DNA of 64,000 nt from Nitrospirales bacterium (GTDB lineage Bacteria > Nitrospirota > Nitrospiria > Nitrospirales > UBA8639): contig CBDBCZ010000013.1 in assembly GCA_965203295.1 (NCBI GenBank), positions 896,001-960,000 on the forward strand. The letters are read 5' to 3'. Positions 1 through 49,742 of the stretch are shown piece by piece. Made by a program: the position numbers and the translations under genes. The notes below the pieces were generated by a model. That model ran no database searches. It was not told where the DNA came from and was given only the letters and a program-made list of their open reading frames with translations. The first letter of the stretch is position 1, and each line of letters begins with the position of its first letter.

Positions 1-770
1 CTCCTGCTTTGCAAAGCAGATATTTGTTTTCTCAGCTGCTGTTGGTCTAGCTTTAGTGCAACTACGCTGTTTCCATGAGAGGCATGGTATGCAATAGAAT
101 ACTAAGGTCATAGTCTATCACCCCGTCCTGTTGTTGCACTGGCATCCGTCTCACGAGAAGGCCACCATCATTTTTGGTCCCATGATGCAATGTGAAATAT
201 AAAAAGATAGCAGTGAATATCACTCCTCTTTATATCCAGTGTATTCCTTCTGTTTAAGAGTTTGCCACCACCAATGTACTGCCCCCTACACTTAAAAAGA
301 ATCTCACTCTCGCTGCATACAGCATACTTCTCTGTCTTAGTGTACCCATCGAAATATAGGTGCCTTCAAATTGCTGAGATGGCTGCGATGTATACGGATG
401 GTAGAGCAAGAGAATCGGCCTTCCTGCATCCATAGCAGCTATGTCTCATGCACTAGAGAATATACATCCTCAGGCTCAGGCCTTCCCCTTGCATGCACAA
501 GAACTGTACAGGGAAACTTGGGAACATGGCTAACATAAAATATGGTATAATGGCTATACATACGTAGTACGTAGTACGTAGTTGCAGTTACATAGCCATG
601 CAGAACCTAGAGAAAAGATTTGGGTAGCACAAGTGAAAGATGTACATGGTTTGCATTCCCCTAAGAATGTAGTAATATACACGTGTTTCTCCGCTCACCC
701 GTATCAATGCTCACTCGCATCACTGTTCACCCGAAGTCTTTACACTTGGGAGTGCGGTTAATTCTCGAAA
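1..770 (+). repeat. Dispersed duplicate of 52789-53508
   Basis: Collinear similarity, e.g. GTTGGTCTAGCTTTAGTGCA, AATGTACTGCCCCCTACACTTAAAAAGAATC and CACCCGAAGTCTTTACACTTGGGAGTG. Confidence 0.85.
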
Positions 771-2958
771 ATAAGTATAATTAAATTTCCTTCCATGCAT
801 GACAAGTATGTTGAATTAATCACATAGTGCATTCATGCGAGTTGAAAAGGGAACAAGGGTATTCATATCTAAAAATTATCTAAAAATTATCCAGCTGCTA
901 CCACATGATTACACAAACACATGCCAGGCACAAGCTGTATATACTAGTAGCTACTAATTGTAGCATCACCCATACATGCTACCAGGTTTAAATTTAGTTG
1001 TTATTCTCGAGATCGTGACTGGCTAACGAGCTTCCAGTTCAACCCTGTATACCACCAGCACACAGAAATAAGAACAGTATAAGTTTCCTTCTTTGCACAT
1101 TGTATATGGCTTCCATCTTAAATCCCTGGCCATACAGGGGCTGCAGGCCCGGAGCCCAATAATTGCCAAGTACAGCGAGACCAATAATCTTATAAATACA
1201 TTTTCTTCGATGGCTTCCTTCTGTAAGGTAAGGGACAAAGCTCAGCATTCCTTTAATTTTGTTTGCACACACTATGTGTGTACAGTTTTGAAGATATACA
1301 CTACAAAAATAAAAGGGTTGCAATTGCTTCAAAATCAGCTAGGAGTTGCAGCTACACTACCAAACTATGCAGTGTTTAGTGCAGGAAGCCAGTAATATCA
1401 ATGTGAATTTTATGTAAATGTACTTACTAATTGTTTATGTTATTTGGTAGCAAGCAGGATCCAGGAAGCCATTGGCACTTGCCGCAACTGAAACTGGTTT
1501 GGAACCCTTTTAATTTTGTAATGTGTGACCAATGTATCTTCAAAACAGTACACACATACTGTGTTGTTTTCATCATTAATAGTATAGTATTAATAGGTAC
1601 TCTTTTTCTCTCTTTTTTGGCTTGATATCGGTCTTCTGTGTTTAGGACTCTATAAATTTTAATCGCTGACTGTGATTCTCATAATGTTATTTTAATGAAA
1701 AAAATACAGTTTTGACCACTTAAAGGTTACCTGAATTGCAGGTATCTGAGTAGGTGTTGTTAGGCCTTAGTTGCTGTAGTCACACATTGAAGTATTTGTA
1801 CAAAAGTATGCTCATAAACCAACACACACACCCAAAAATTACCAACACTATAAATGAAAGCATCAAAAGTCTCACCGGTTTGTTGAGGCCAGACATGTAG
1901 TACAAACGTTGACAGCACAACCAGCGTATGATACTGCAAGATCTGAGGTTAATAAAATTAATAGCATCTATATTGCATACTGAGAGCAACTAGAATGCTG
2001 CTGATGTTAATTTGAATCAGTACATCAATACAAATGGTAAGTATCAGCTTTAGGTCAGAGGACATTTTTGGGAATAATATAATATTGGTCATAATTATGT
2101 GCATGCAACCCACTACTGACACAGGTGTCAAACTGCTAGTACATAATAAAGCCTCTATAATAGTGACCTAGCTGTTGTACCACAGTTTGTCATGGTGCTG
2201 AGTACTTCAGGAATGATAGGTACAGGAATGAATACTATGGGCTGTGATTATAATGAGTATACAGAATTCTTATGAATAAATTTAGCCAACTGGTATGATA
2301 GCCCACACATAAAAATGAGATACTAGATCTGCTTTGCCTCTTTTTCATTCTGATATTGGAATTACTCGGTATGTCAATGAGTGCTTGTATAGTGTGTGCA
2401 TGCAGAGTGTACACTAACTTTTAGTATTCTATCTGAGGAGCTTAGCCAGCTATTGATTTAGCTACCAGTGGCCTATATATATGACTCAACCAGCTAGTGA
2501 AAGGATCTAGTTAATACTTCACTGTGGACACCTACAATTAATATCGACATTGTATCAGTAAGTCATGTTAAGTATGTATGATGACGAGAGGTCTACCATC
2601 TCTGAGCTCTACATTTGGCATGGCTGTATAATTCTGTGCTCAGCTCATGCGGTGTCCAAGGAATCAGCCCATCATGGCAACACCCAAATAAATTTTCTGT
2701 TTCCCATCCTGACGTACCACAGCTTTCTATGTGTGGGCCATTGCCATTCACTACATGGTACGACCATAGACATACGCATGATACAATGGCAGACGCAGAT
2801 ATAATTAATGTTCAGATGTACTTTCATACTCACCGGTAATCATTCTGTTAGTTGGAAAATTTATGTACCAACACCCCTATACCACAACTAAAGTACCAAC
2901 ACGCAACTGATCACTGCTGCAAACGGACAGAAGTGTAACTTCGTTCTGCTACATGGCC

Positions 2959-3706
2959 TGTCACGCTGTGGACGGTCCCCCTGCAGAAGCGGTCCACCCG
3001 GACCGATTATCGCAGCCATACACGGTCCCCCCTTGCTGCATGCGGACGGTCCCCCAGGCTCGGTTTTTATAAATAGAAGACTGTCACGCAGCCGGCTGTA
3101 GTAGTCTATATCTTGTTTATTTGCTCAATTGTGATGAACTATAGAGCAGCGAAGAACAGTCACTAGACCTACCTACAGAGGACAAGATGGGCGATAAAGA
3201 GGATCAGGAGGAGCTGCACTGCCTATCTTTGACTCACGCAGAAGAGATATCCTGTATGCAGAACAAGATTTAAGCTTATAGCTATCTGTTGTTATTGTTA
3301 CTCTAATAACTTTTACTTTAGCCATTGCAACTGTTGTTGTTATTCTTTATCCAGAGCATAAGGTAATCAACAGCCCGGGAGCTAGCTATGGCGAATAATG
3401 GTGGGGTTGTGTAGCGTACATGGCTTGAGGTCAAAAAGGTGGGAGGGTTTCCTAAAGTCTGCAGCTGCTGATTACCGTACAACTAGAGTTTACTACTGTC
3501 CTCCATCATGCAGAGTATCAGAATTGTTGCAGAGGAGATGGCATTAGCTAGATAAATGGGGGGACCATTTACGGTAAGGGGGGACTACTTATAGTGCCCC
3601 GGGGGACCACATACGGCGCCACCAATGGTCCGGGAAGGCCAATTATTTTGCCACAGACGGCCCAGGGGAACCGCTTGTGGGGGGGGACCACTTATGGTGT
3701 GTGACA
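2959..3706. mobile_element. MITE with TGTCAC...GTGACA termini and GGTCCCC subterminal repeats, copy A
   Basis: Inverted ends, GGCC on both flanks, homologous to 4409-5609. Confidence 0.75.
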
Positions 3707-3759
3707 GGCCCACACTATCTTGACAGTTAGGGTCGGGGAAACAGGACCTTTAGTCTACA

Positions 3760-3885
3760 GGTCATGTAGGATAACCGACTCCCGGAAGTAGGTGTGATCT
3801 TAGGGTAGGGTTAGGGCTAGGGTAAGGGTTAGGGAATGTAGACCACGCCCACTTTCGGGAGTAGCTAGGTTATCCTACATGATCC
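3760..3885. mobile_element. Small palindromic MITE with telomere-like core and 9-bp TSD
   Basis: TIR GGTCATGTAGGATAACC / GGTTATCCTACATGATCC. TSD TAGTCTACA at 3751-3759 and 3886-3894. Confidence 0.8.
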
Positions 3886-4408
3886 TAGTCTACATGGAAT
3901 GGCCTTGATATAGCTAGCCAAGAAAAGCTAAGCTTGAACTATAAATACGATCAGTATTTGCATACGTCTGTAAATCAGAGTGTCCCCTTGTACTAGCCCA
4001 CATGCATGGACCAGTGCAAGCCCCAACAAAATCAAAGGGTGGCCTACAAATTAACCGCAGGCTCACGGTGCGTCCGTAGTAGCCTAGCTATCTCTCACAA
4101 GTGTTAGGCAACCCAGCTCCATGTATATAACTAGTGGGCCTACCCAATTACGATACATTCTGCAGCTGCGGCGCTTGTTACTGTAGAGCCAAATCGCAAT
4201 GAGTCGACCACTCGGAATTCCGACAGGAAATGGGCTGACGTCCGTATAGCACTGGACCCTATCTCAAATACTAGTGCGTGGGCGGAGCAGTCATCACGTG
4301 ACTGTAGGACATCGTTGAAATAGGCCTGGCAATAGGCCTGAGCTAATTGTTCATTCAAACTTGCCTATTCTTTATTTCTGATTTTCTTCCCTATTATTCA
4401 AGTGATGG

Positions 4409-5609
4409 TGTCACGCCGTGGACGGTCCCCCCGCAGAAGCGGTCCCCCCGGACCGAATATCGCAGCCTTACACGGTCCCCCCTGCTGCGGACGGTCCCCC
4501 AGGCTCGATGTTCATTTTGACTGACAAGTCGCCGGCCGTACCCAGTATATCTTGTTTATTTGCTGAAGATGATACTGTCTAACAATTGTGATGAACTTGA
4601 GTAGCGAAAAACAACCATTAGACCTACCAGCAGTGGACAAGATGGACGACAAAGAGGATCAGGAAGAGCTGCGAATGTTCACAGAATGAGAATTATATCA
4701 GATTCTGTGGTTTAATATTGTTGCTATTATTTATTCTAATATTTTCCTTTAGCCTTTACAACTGTTGTTGTTATTATTAATTTTATCCAGAGCGTAAAGT
4801 AATCAACAGCCCGAGAGCTATGGCGAACAACTGTGGGGTTGCGTATATTAGCGTACATGGCTGGCTAGGCTCGAGGTCAAAAAGGTGGGAGGGGTTCTGT
4901 ACAGTTTTAAGTCTGCAGCCGCTGATAATTACCGTAAACTACGTATTATCCGCCATGATGTATTATCCGCCCATCCCCCTTTTTGAGTCAAAGTTACGTC
5001 GGAGGGTATTTATGTACTTAGTATCCGCCCACCCTTAAATACCATCCATGCGAGCTAAACATGCAACTAACAACTGAAAATTCCAAGACAACGAGCAGAA
5101 TCAAACGACAAAAGTCTTCAGTGCGCTTTAGTTGGAATACCGACGGTAAGTCCGTCAGCCACTTCGCTTTTTAGCAGATAATAGTAGTCTGCATGCTTCT
5201 ATAATAGGTATTCAATACAATTTGCATTCACTGTGGTGCGGTACTTGCCTAGAAAAGCTATACTTACCTTGTATACTCGCTTCGCATACATGGCTTGAGG
5301 TCAAAAAGGTGGGAGGGTTTCCTAAAGTCTGCAGCTGCTGATTACCGTACAGCTAGAGTTTACTACTGTCTTCCATCATGCAAAGTATCAGTATATTGTT
5401 GCAGAGGAGATGGCATTTGTAGCTAGATATTAAAATGGGGGGACAATTTACGGTAAGGGGGGACTACTTATAGTGCCGCGGATGGTCCCCGGGGCCCGGG
5501 GGACCACATGCGGCGCCACGGACGGACCGGGGAGACCAATTATTCTGCCACAGACGGTCCGGGGGGACCGCTTTTGGGGGGGGGGGGGGGGACCACTTAT
5601 GGTGTGACA
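4409..5609. mobile_element. Same MITE family, copy B, with a nested insertion at about 4930-5290
   Basis: Collinear with 2959-3706. The block GAGGTCAAAAAGGTGGGAGGG...CTGCAGC is duplicated on either side of the extra sequence. Confidence 0.75.
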
Positions 5610-6380
5610 ATCCTACCCGATTATTCAAATGATTAATGACCTGTTATTTAACTTGAAGGAAGTTTTTGTTGGTGTTGTTCTCATCGGATGCAAAACCTTA
5701 CACACACACATCTGCTTTACGCAAGACAGGGAACCGAGGGAATAGGCTGTCGGACTGTATGCTGCACACGTTGTAGTAGTGATATCAGGATCTTTGGATT
5801 CAGTCTCTGATCTGTTTGGTCATTCGAAATTCCTATGATAATTATAAGCAATGGTTACTACTTAATGTTATACTCTAGTCTTACCCTGTGTGGTATTTCT
5901 TAAATCTTAAAAACTGGTACCGCAATGCGGCAATATTTAATGCTATTAATAAACATGATGCCAGCCTCAACACCAGCCTATGAATGATTCATAGGATGAG
6001 GTGCCTGTTGATTGAAGACATGATGATAATAATAATTATTGTGGAAGGCAGTTTTTATCAATCAGAAGTAGAAATGTAGCAGCTATGAATGGCTTTAGGA
6101 ATTCTGCCCAGTTTCGAAATACCGGTAATTGATATAATATAGCTCAGTGAGTTCGAGAGTTCAAAGCCTGCTATACACTTGGCAGTTGTGCAGATGTGAG
6201 AGAGATTAATACTTGCAAATTGTAGAGAAATTAATGTGCAAAACTGAACTTAATTGTGTGTATCATGCCAAATTTGGAAGTAATGCTAAAAGCAATCGAT
6301 ATAAAGATAATGCGTTCTGTACTTGTGCATGGAGTATTTTCACTTAATCAAGCCATAATTATGTTCTACAACCTTGATGC

Positions 6381-6834
6381 TAGTCTCGTGCCCAGCCCCA
6401 CGCTAGAAAGTGGGTCTGGCTTCCTGCATACTCAAAGTTGGGTGAGCATTACATCATATTACATCACCAAACGGATAGTGTCCACGTGGCCATTCGCGTA
6501 GATATCCGGATACTACAACCGTTTAGTGATGTAATTGGGGCGAGCGCAGCGAGCCCTGTACTAGCGAGGTCAATGCCAACTCGTTTGTATGTATCGACCG
6601 ACCTGTATGTATGTCATCGACCGACCGGTCGCATTGCGCATGCGCAGAAGCATGCTAAGCACATGTTGTCGTTGCGCTCGCCCCACAAATGCTCTGCATT
6701 CTCCTAGTACTATAAGTAACCAATCATATTGCCGGTCCAGATCTGGGACCGCTGACGTAATGCTGCCATGCCCCAACTTTAAATATACGGGGAGCCAGAC
6801 CCACCTTCCTAACGTGGGGCTGGGCACGAGACTA
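6381..6834. mobile_element. TAGYCTCG...CGAGRCTA MITE (Mutator-like, 9-bp TSD) with a nested Helentron-like element
   Basis: TSD CCTTGATGC on both sides. Other copies with 9-bp TSDs at 7131-7209, 11193-11483, 13253-13332, 21327-21417 and 21755-22122. Confidence 0.8.
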
Positions 6835-7073
6835 CCTTGATGCATGAGGCTAGGGTATCGGCACGGCTATATACAAGTTATTATTTCGGATTATTGGGGC
6901 GAGCGCAGCGAGCCCTGTACTAGCGAGGTCAATGCCAACTCCGTTTGTATGTATGTCATCGACCGACCTGTGTGTATGTCATCGACCGACCGGTCGCATT
7001 GCGCATGCGCAGAAACATGCTAAGCACATGTTGTAGTTGCGCTCGCCCCACAAATGCTCTGCATTCTCCTAGT
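6533..7073 (+). mobile_element. Two copies (6533-6708 and 6891-7073) of a short Helentron/DINE-1-like non-autonomous element
   Basis: GGGGCGAGCG...CGCTCGCCCC subterminal inverted repeat, simple-repeat core, 3' hairpin then CTAGT. A relative lies in reverse orientation at about 56605-57075. Confidence 0.6.
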
Positions 7074-7734
7074 AATAATTACAATGAGCATAATAATTAT
7101 GCTCAAAATAATAAAATCTTTACTGATGGTTAGCCTCGTTCCCAGGCTCCACCCCCCAGCTTTTAATCGCAAAGTGGAAGCTGGGGGGTGGAGCCTGGGA
7201 ACGAGGCTAACTGATGGTAACACTTGTGTACGTAACTGTATGATTGTGACCCTCATGTCAATCAATGGTTTCTTTCTAGTCAGTATGTGTATGCTGATGC
7301 TGTCTGTTAGGTGTAACAGCAATTGAAAAGGTGCACACATGCATGGACTCATGGTGTACAACGAAAGACTAGCGTAGCCGTAGGTCTATATAGCTGTGAT
7401 CCCAATAGAGAATTCGAAACCACGTGAATTTTCATGCATGGAGAGAAATTAATGTGCAAACTGAACTTAATTGTACTATCATGCCAAATTTGGGAGTAAT
7501 GCTAAAAGCAATCAGTAAAGATAATGTACTACGCTCAGTAATTATCTCACGACTCGAAAATGAATTCACGGAGCAACCATACACTGAATCCGTTGGCACT
7601 ATTATGTCATGTGATGATGAACACATTGTACACAAGCTGCTGAAGTCAATCCTTATAATTATAAGCGCACTGAAGTGACTAACTGCCAATAACTAGTTGT
7701 CCCACCTAAAAAAATGTTAATTTTCCTGTCCTAT

Positions 7735-39046
<31,312 letters not shown>

Positions 39047-39257
39047 CTTTCATGCTACGCCAAGCAGACTAGAGCAAGTGCCTGTAGCGAGAGCCTGTGG
39101 CAGCGGGGGAATCGGTGCAGCTGCAGGCTAGGCTGCCAGTTTCCACGACAACAACTAAAGAATGCTTTGGTTTTCCAAATACACGACACCGTTGCTAAGG
39201 ACTTTGGAAATATTGCTCAGCCAGTAAACAAACACGTGTTCGCGATAATAGTGAAAG
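39047..39257. promoter_or_regulatory. Compact bidirectional promoter with RFX X-box and forkhead motifs
   Basis: 211 bp between divergent ATGs. GTTTCCACGACAAC (39139-39152), GTTGCTAAGGAC (39191-39202) and GTAAACAAA (39224-39232). Confidence 0.65.
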
Positions 39258-43900
<4,643 letters not shown>

Positions 43901-44111
43901 CAGATGGATAGTGACTAATTTTTTGACAACTTTTTTTTGCATGGTCACTGTACTTACATGTTGCATGATCAGTACTAATAGCTATCAGCATGCATTAGCG
44001 TTATATAGCACTGATCTGCCCTTGCTGTACACCATTTTTCTATGCCACGCCATGGCGCCAATATCCAGCATGAGCTTGAGGATCACTTTTCAAAACGGAT
44101 CATCCACTTGA

Positions 44112-44178
44112 CCAATGGGATTGCTGGGATTTCCGGCCAATCAAATTTCAGCACCCTTTAGGCGGGCTTGGTATAAAA
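44112..44178 (+). promoter_or_regulatory. Histone H3 promoter: two CCAAT boxes and a TATA box
   Basis: CCAAT at 44112 and 44137, TATAAAA at 44172-44178. Confidence 0.7.
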
Positions 44179-44238
44179 ATATTTGCGCGTTCGAACGCTT
44201 CATTCAGATCAAGGTTTCAGACTCTTCGGTGTTTTTAA

Positions 44239-44667
<429 letters not shown>

Positions 44668-44699
44668 ACATCCCAGCTAACTTTCCTCCATTACTACCT

Positions 44700-44720
44700 G
44701 GCTTTTCTAAAAGCCACCAA
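44700..44720 (+). terminator. Histone mRNA 3' stem-loop
   Basis: GGCTTT-TCTA-AAAGCC followed by ACCAA, about 30 nt after the stop. Fits the 6-bp stem, 4-nt loop SLBP consensus. Confidence 0.9.
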
Positions 44721-45614
44721 ATCTACAAAAGGTTCACCTATACGGCATGCAATAGTTATTTTTTTTAAACACAACTGATTTGGGTGTGAGTGTGAACTAT
44801 ACAAATTGCCTAAACTAAAGTTTGTGTAGAACATAATTTGAGATACTTGTAGGATTATGCCCCCAAAATATCCAGCATACTTGGTGCCACTATAGATGAG
44901 AATTGCTAACTACAGTTCTTTAGATGAATTCTCCGCAGAATTTGGCATATCCAGTGAACTTGCCTATTAAAGCTTGTGTAACTGGGGGTGGGGCCCCTTC
45001 ACTGTGCTCCATAGTCACATCTGTAACCACCGTCAGTGGTCATAGCAGCTTGAAAAAGCAGCATAAGCTGCTGTGAACACGCGATGGTGGCTCCATCTGT
45101 AACAATAATAGGCATGCCTTGATTTTAACTAGTCAATCCAAAATAGTTGGTCAACATTTTACAGTGGCCACTTTTCTTACCTTGTAATAAGGTACTGCAT
45201 AAAAGCTACACAAACAAACAACTACTTTTGCAACATGTTTTATGTTATCAAAGGTGATAGGAGTAGTGTGGACTGGAGCTCAGAGCGGAACTACTGTTGG
45301 TCACAAGAAAGCTCATTCCAAACACCAGATGCTCCTTTGTTGGGAGGGCATGGAGGTTGGGCACAACTAATCCCGACACCCACTGAAACAAGTGAAGGAA
45401 AGAAGTTCAACTAAGTGTGTTTTGACAGGAGGGGGAGGCTGATATTAAACAAAGGCAGTGGGTTGGAGGGTTCAAGAGGATATGTAGCTAAAGGGTGGAG
45501 GAAGAGTATGCTTAGACCACTCATGATTAATCAATGAGCATGAAAGCTTTGAAGCTCTAGAAGTTCTTGGTTACTGGGCACCAGGTGTTCATGTCAGTTA
45601 GATCCCTGTGTACC

Positions 45615-46163
45615 TACCGTAGACTCGGGTTATCAGGCACACTTCATTATGTAATTAATACACATACGCTATCAAGTGCATGCTCGCTTCTCGGCCCAAA
45701 GCCGTAAAAAAACCTCGTTAAGAGGCGCACATGTTCCAATAATCGAAATAATGTGGGGCGGAGTGCTTCGAGCAACTTAGCACAAGAGCTAAGGAGACTG
45801 TTAGCAGCTAGCCAGCTCTCTGGGTACGTGGCCAACAATCTCTTCGTCTCGATGGATAGCTACTGCTCGCTTGTCATGGCGGTTGGTCGGCTCAGCTAGC
45901 ACTGGGAACTGTTCAATAACGGGTCTCCATACTTCTTTGTACACATGATGACCACGAACTATACAAATTGTAATTCCGTACTTGTAGTTGGCAATCTAGC
46001 TATTGTTGCCTTGCCATGAAGAACTTCAGCCTTTTGTATCAACAGCTGTCATGACGTCATGCAATAAATAGGCGTGGTCAACCTTTAACTCCCGATATGT
46101 AGCGCATATACTTTTGCTATTGTCCCAACTAGCGCATGCGCCTGATAACACGAGTCTATGGTA
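45615..46163. mobile_element. Tc1/mariner-type MITE
   Basis: TACCGTAGACTCGGGTTATCAGGC / GCCTGATAACACGAGTCTATGGTA. Confidence 0.7.
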
Positions 46164-46634
46164 ACACTTTTAACCCCCACTTTAAAACCATTTACAGTAG
46201 CAGCAGTGGGAGGCCTAAGTGGGCTTTAGATCACAGCATGCACTCCCACATCGAACTGACATAGACCACCCCAGGGAAAATCCCTCGCCCTTAGACGCGG
46301 GTGTCTATGTCGGTTAGATCCCTCTTCACTGTGATCTAACCTATACATAGACTTCTGTTTCATGCTAGTCTTGTGACCAGACCACACAAGAAGCGATGGT
46401 TTGGGAACAGTGCTATTTGAATTTTGTTCTGCCGCATCTGCAATAATGGTAAATAAAAAGTTCCCGTTCTGTTTTTGTAAAACATTCGTAGTACGGTGTA
46501 GCTGTTGCTGGAAATTACATACGTCATGTATGTATTAACGGCAGAAGAAATTTGAAGCAGCTATGTTCCCAGTCCACTCGTTTTTTTCGTGTGGGTCTGG
46601 GCACGTAACTATTTCATAATCACATCCCATTTTT

Positions 46635-47070
46635 CTCCCTGCCCCTCCCCTTTCTGCTCTACCCCTTTCCTCCCTTTCCTACTCTGCCCCTCCCCCCTCC
46701 CTGTCCTGCTCTGCCGCTCCTCCTCCCTCCCCGTCCTGCTCTGCCGCTCCTCCCCCCTCCCTGTCCTGCTCTGCCGCTCTGCCCCTCCCTGTCCTGCTCT
46801 GCCGCTCCCCCTCCCTGTCCTGCTCTGCTGCTCCTCCCCCCTCCCTGTCCTACTCTGCCCCTCCCCCCCTCCCTGTCCTGCTCTGCCGCTCTTCCTCCCT
46901 GTCCTGCTCTGCCACTCCCCCCTCCCTGTCCTACTCTGCCCCCCCTCCCTGTCCTGTCCTACTCTGTCCCCCCTCCTCCCCCCTCCCTGTCCTGCTCTGC
47001 CCGTCCCTCCTTCCCTGACAACTCTTCCCCCCCCCTCCCTGACTACTCTCCCGCTCCCTTCCCTATCCTA
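46635..47070. repeat. C-rich minisatellite (CCCTCCCTGTCCTGCTCTGCCGCT-like unit)
   Basis: Explains the low-complexity ORF 46589-47242. Confidence 0.9.
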
Positions 47071-47109
47071 TCCAGCCCTAGGCACCTACAGCCACTCTCG
47101 TGTGAGTCC

Positions 47110-47450
47110 TTTTCTCACCCACCGCTCTGCAATCACTGAAGATGGTGCTCATTTGGATGTTTCAATGTACAGGAGAAGATTCGAAAAGGCATTTGTCAAT
47201 GTACGGGTATTTAACTCGAGCATGCGACATTCACTCCACTAGTGTCCTCTACAACAGGTGGGATGGGACGTGGTGCGACAACATTCTACAAGAGGCTTGC
47301 ATCAGTAACTCTGATTGGATCCGATGCCGACTGAGCTTTGCTCTTCTCAGAGCCTCAATCATGGCCATCAGGGGAGCCAGATTATCTCGCCACCACCCAG
47401 CCACCGAGTGCCCAGTTGACCTTCAGGTTGCGGAGGGTCACTTTGACTAA
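47110..47450 (+). mobile_element. Degenerate 3' fragment of a CRE-clade non-LTR retrotransposon (restriction-like endonuclease region)
   Basis: Peptides HRSAITEDGAHLDV...RFEKAFVNVRVFN and WIRCRLSFALLRASIMAIRGAR resemble the C-terminus of CRE-type elements. Frameshifted and internally deleted. Confidence 0.65.
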
Positions 47451-48490
47451 CTCTCTAACTTTTTTTCACATTATGTCAGTATGTGTTAGACACATACCAC
47501 ACTTCTATTTTCTTTTGTTTTCTACCAACATTTTCTTTTGTTTTCTACCAACATTTTCCTGCATTTTCCTGAATTGGCTAATTGGCTGCCATAAATGGCC
47601 GCCGCATGCGACGTCACGCTTTTTAAATACCAATTCTACCAGCCATGCATACTTTACCTCCTCCTCCTCCGTGGCCATAGGCCCTAGCCCTCGGCCGGTT
47701 GCATCGCGGATATATACTATAGCCGGGATGGGCTAGCTCGCGAGAGTCAGACGGACGGTTCTCTCGTGAAAGAGACTGGGACAGCAGTAAAACGAGTTCT
47801 CCTGTATTTTACTCGGAAGGCGCAGCAGTTGACGAAGCAGCTCCAAGGTCTGAGAGACGGTACGTTTTGGGATAGCGCTTCTCATCTGAGTAAATTATGA
47901 GTTGTTGTAGTAAGGGGAGGTAATACGTATACGTACTGTATTACCTGGAATCACAACGTTACCCGTGCACTGCAGAGATGAGGTATTAAATGCGGGGCTA
48001 TTCCCCGAGTTGCGCTTGACCTCCAGCTAGTCTCGTGCCCTGACGTTAATTTACTAGTAATTTGTGGCACGCCTACCATTGTGCCACGAAGGAAAAGGTT
48101 AACGGAACCGGGCACGCTCACCTACAGTAACCCACCCACAACACAAAATGGCTACGTGCAATAATGCGCTTTGGAAGACCAGAGGCTGAAACAGGCTAGC
48201 TATAATAGTGAGCGCTTCCAAGTCTCCTGTACAGCGAAGGTAAGTGCTCATGCCGAGTTTGGTGGCTATATGTCTGGAGAAGTGGCTGGGAGGGACGATG
48301 ACGAGGACGAAAAAGGTCAATGGAATCGGAGTATAGCCTCGCTTCGCTCGAAATTACCGTCTGGGCACAAACGCATACTGTGGAGTTGGGCGATGATTTT
48401 ATAATTCAGTACAGGTCATTAAAGACAGCTATTTGCATAGCGCTTTTCAGTTTCGTGAAACTGGATCTATACTTCGATATCGGAAATTAT

Positions 48491-49625
48491 ATTATTACCC
48501 CCGGGGTTAAAAATTTTGCCGGAATAGCCACCATTTGAGTAGTGCCCACTCTACCAGTGTGTCTCGCAAATATGCTATTGGCGATAGGGACAAGGAGTGT
48601 GATGCTTACAAGTTGATAAGCTTACGTAAGGTACTATGCTGGCATGGCAATCATGTTTTAATGTTTCAATGCTATTGCAAAGACAGCTTTCTTACCAGTA
48701 GTCACTGAAGCAGTTGTTGGAGGGCATAGCACAGTAGCTGACAAAAGTATAATGCTGTAACGAAGGATACTAATGCTCCCATGGCATCAGTTTACAGGGT
48801 TCTATCTACTGGGGGTGGGTGGGGGGGGGGGGGGGGGGGGGGGGGGAGTGGGAAGATTTCTCCCCCTCCAAAAAAAAAATCTGCCAGTTAAATTTACCGA
48901 ATTAAATTGTAATTAACCTTCAAGTTGCCTATTTCTGTTATTACCCCCGGGGTTAAAAAGTCTGCCGGAATAGCCACCATTTGAGTAGTGCCCATGCACT
49001 CTACCTGTGAGTCTCACAAATATGCTATTGGTGGTAGGGACAAGGAGTGTGAGATGTTTACAAGTTGATAAGCTACGCAAGGTGCCATGCTAGCATGGCA
49101 ATCATGTTTTTGCAAAGGCAGCTTTCTTACCAGTAATCACTGAAGCAGTTGTTGGAGGGCATAGCACAGTTGCTGACAAGGCATAATGCTGTCCGTCAGT
49201 TTACAGGGTTCTATCTACTGGGGGTGGGGGGGGGGGGGGGGAAGCGGGAAGATTTCTCCCCCTCCACAAAAAAAAAAAAAACTGCCAGTTAAATTTACCG
49301 AATTGAAACTTTCAAGTTGCCTATTTCTGTTATTTGCTTACTATACTATTGTCCATGTGTGTGAGAATTAAGTAATTAAGGGGGGAAGCGGGAAGATTTC
49401 TCCCCCTCCACAAAAAAAAAACTGCCAGTTAAATTTACCGAATTGAAACTTTCAAGTTGCCTATTTCTGTTATTTGCTTACTATACTATTGTCCATGTGT
49501 GAGAATTAAGTAATTAAGGGGGGGGGGGAAGCGGGAAGATTTCTCAAAAAAAAGCTGCCAGTTAAATTTACCGAATTAAAACTTTCAAGTTGCCTATTTC
49601 TGTTATTTGCTTACTATACTATTGT
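48491..49625. repeat. Local tandem duplications: two units of about 400-440 bp, then units of about 125 bp
   Basis: TTATTACCCCCGGGGTTAAAA... occurs twice. GGGAAGATTTCTC...CTGCCAGTTAAATTTACCGAATT occurs four times. Confidence 0.85.
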
Positions 49626-49742
49626 GTATGTGTGAAAATTAAGTATAGAGCTGTCCACTCAGAGGGTCCCAGGCTGGTTCACTCTCTTCATTACAACCAT
49701 TCTCATGTATTCTTCTTTCCGTATTCTTACTTCCAGACCACC

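Noticed and set aside
1023..2839. Short ORFs in the left intergenic region
   Set aside because: No recognisable domain or consistent exon chain.
46589..47242. 217-aa Pro/Leu/Cys-rich ORF
   Set aside because: Minisatellite read-through into a retrotransposon fragment.
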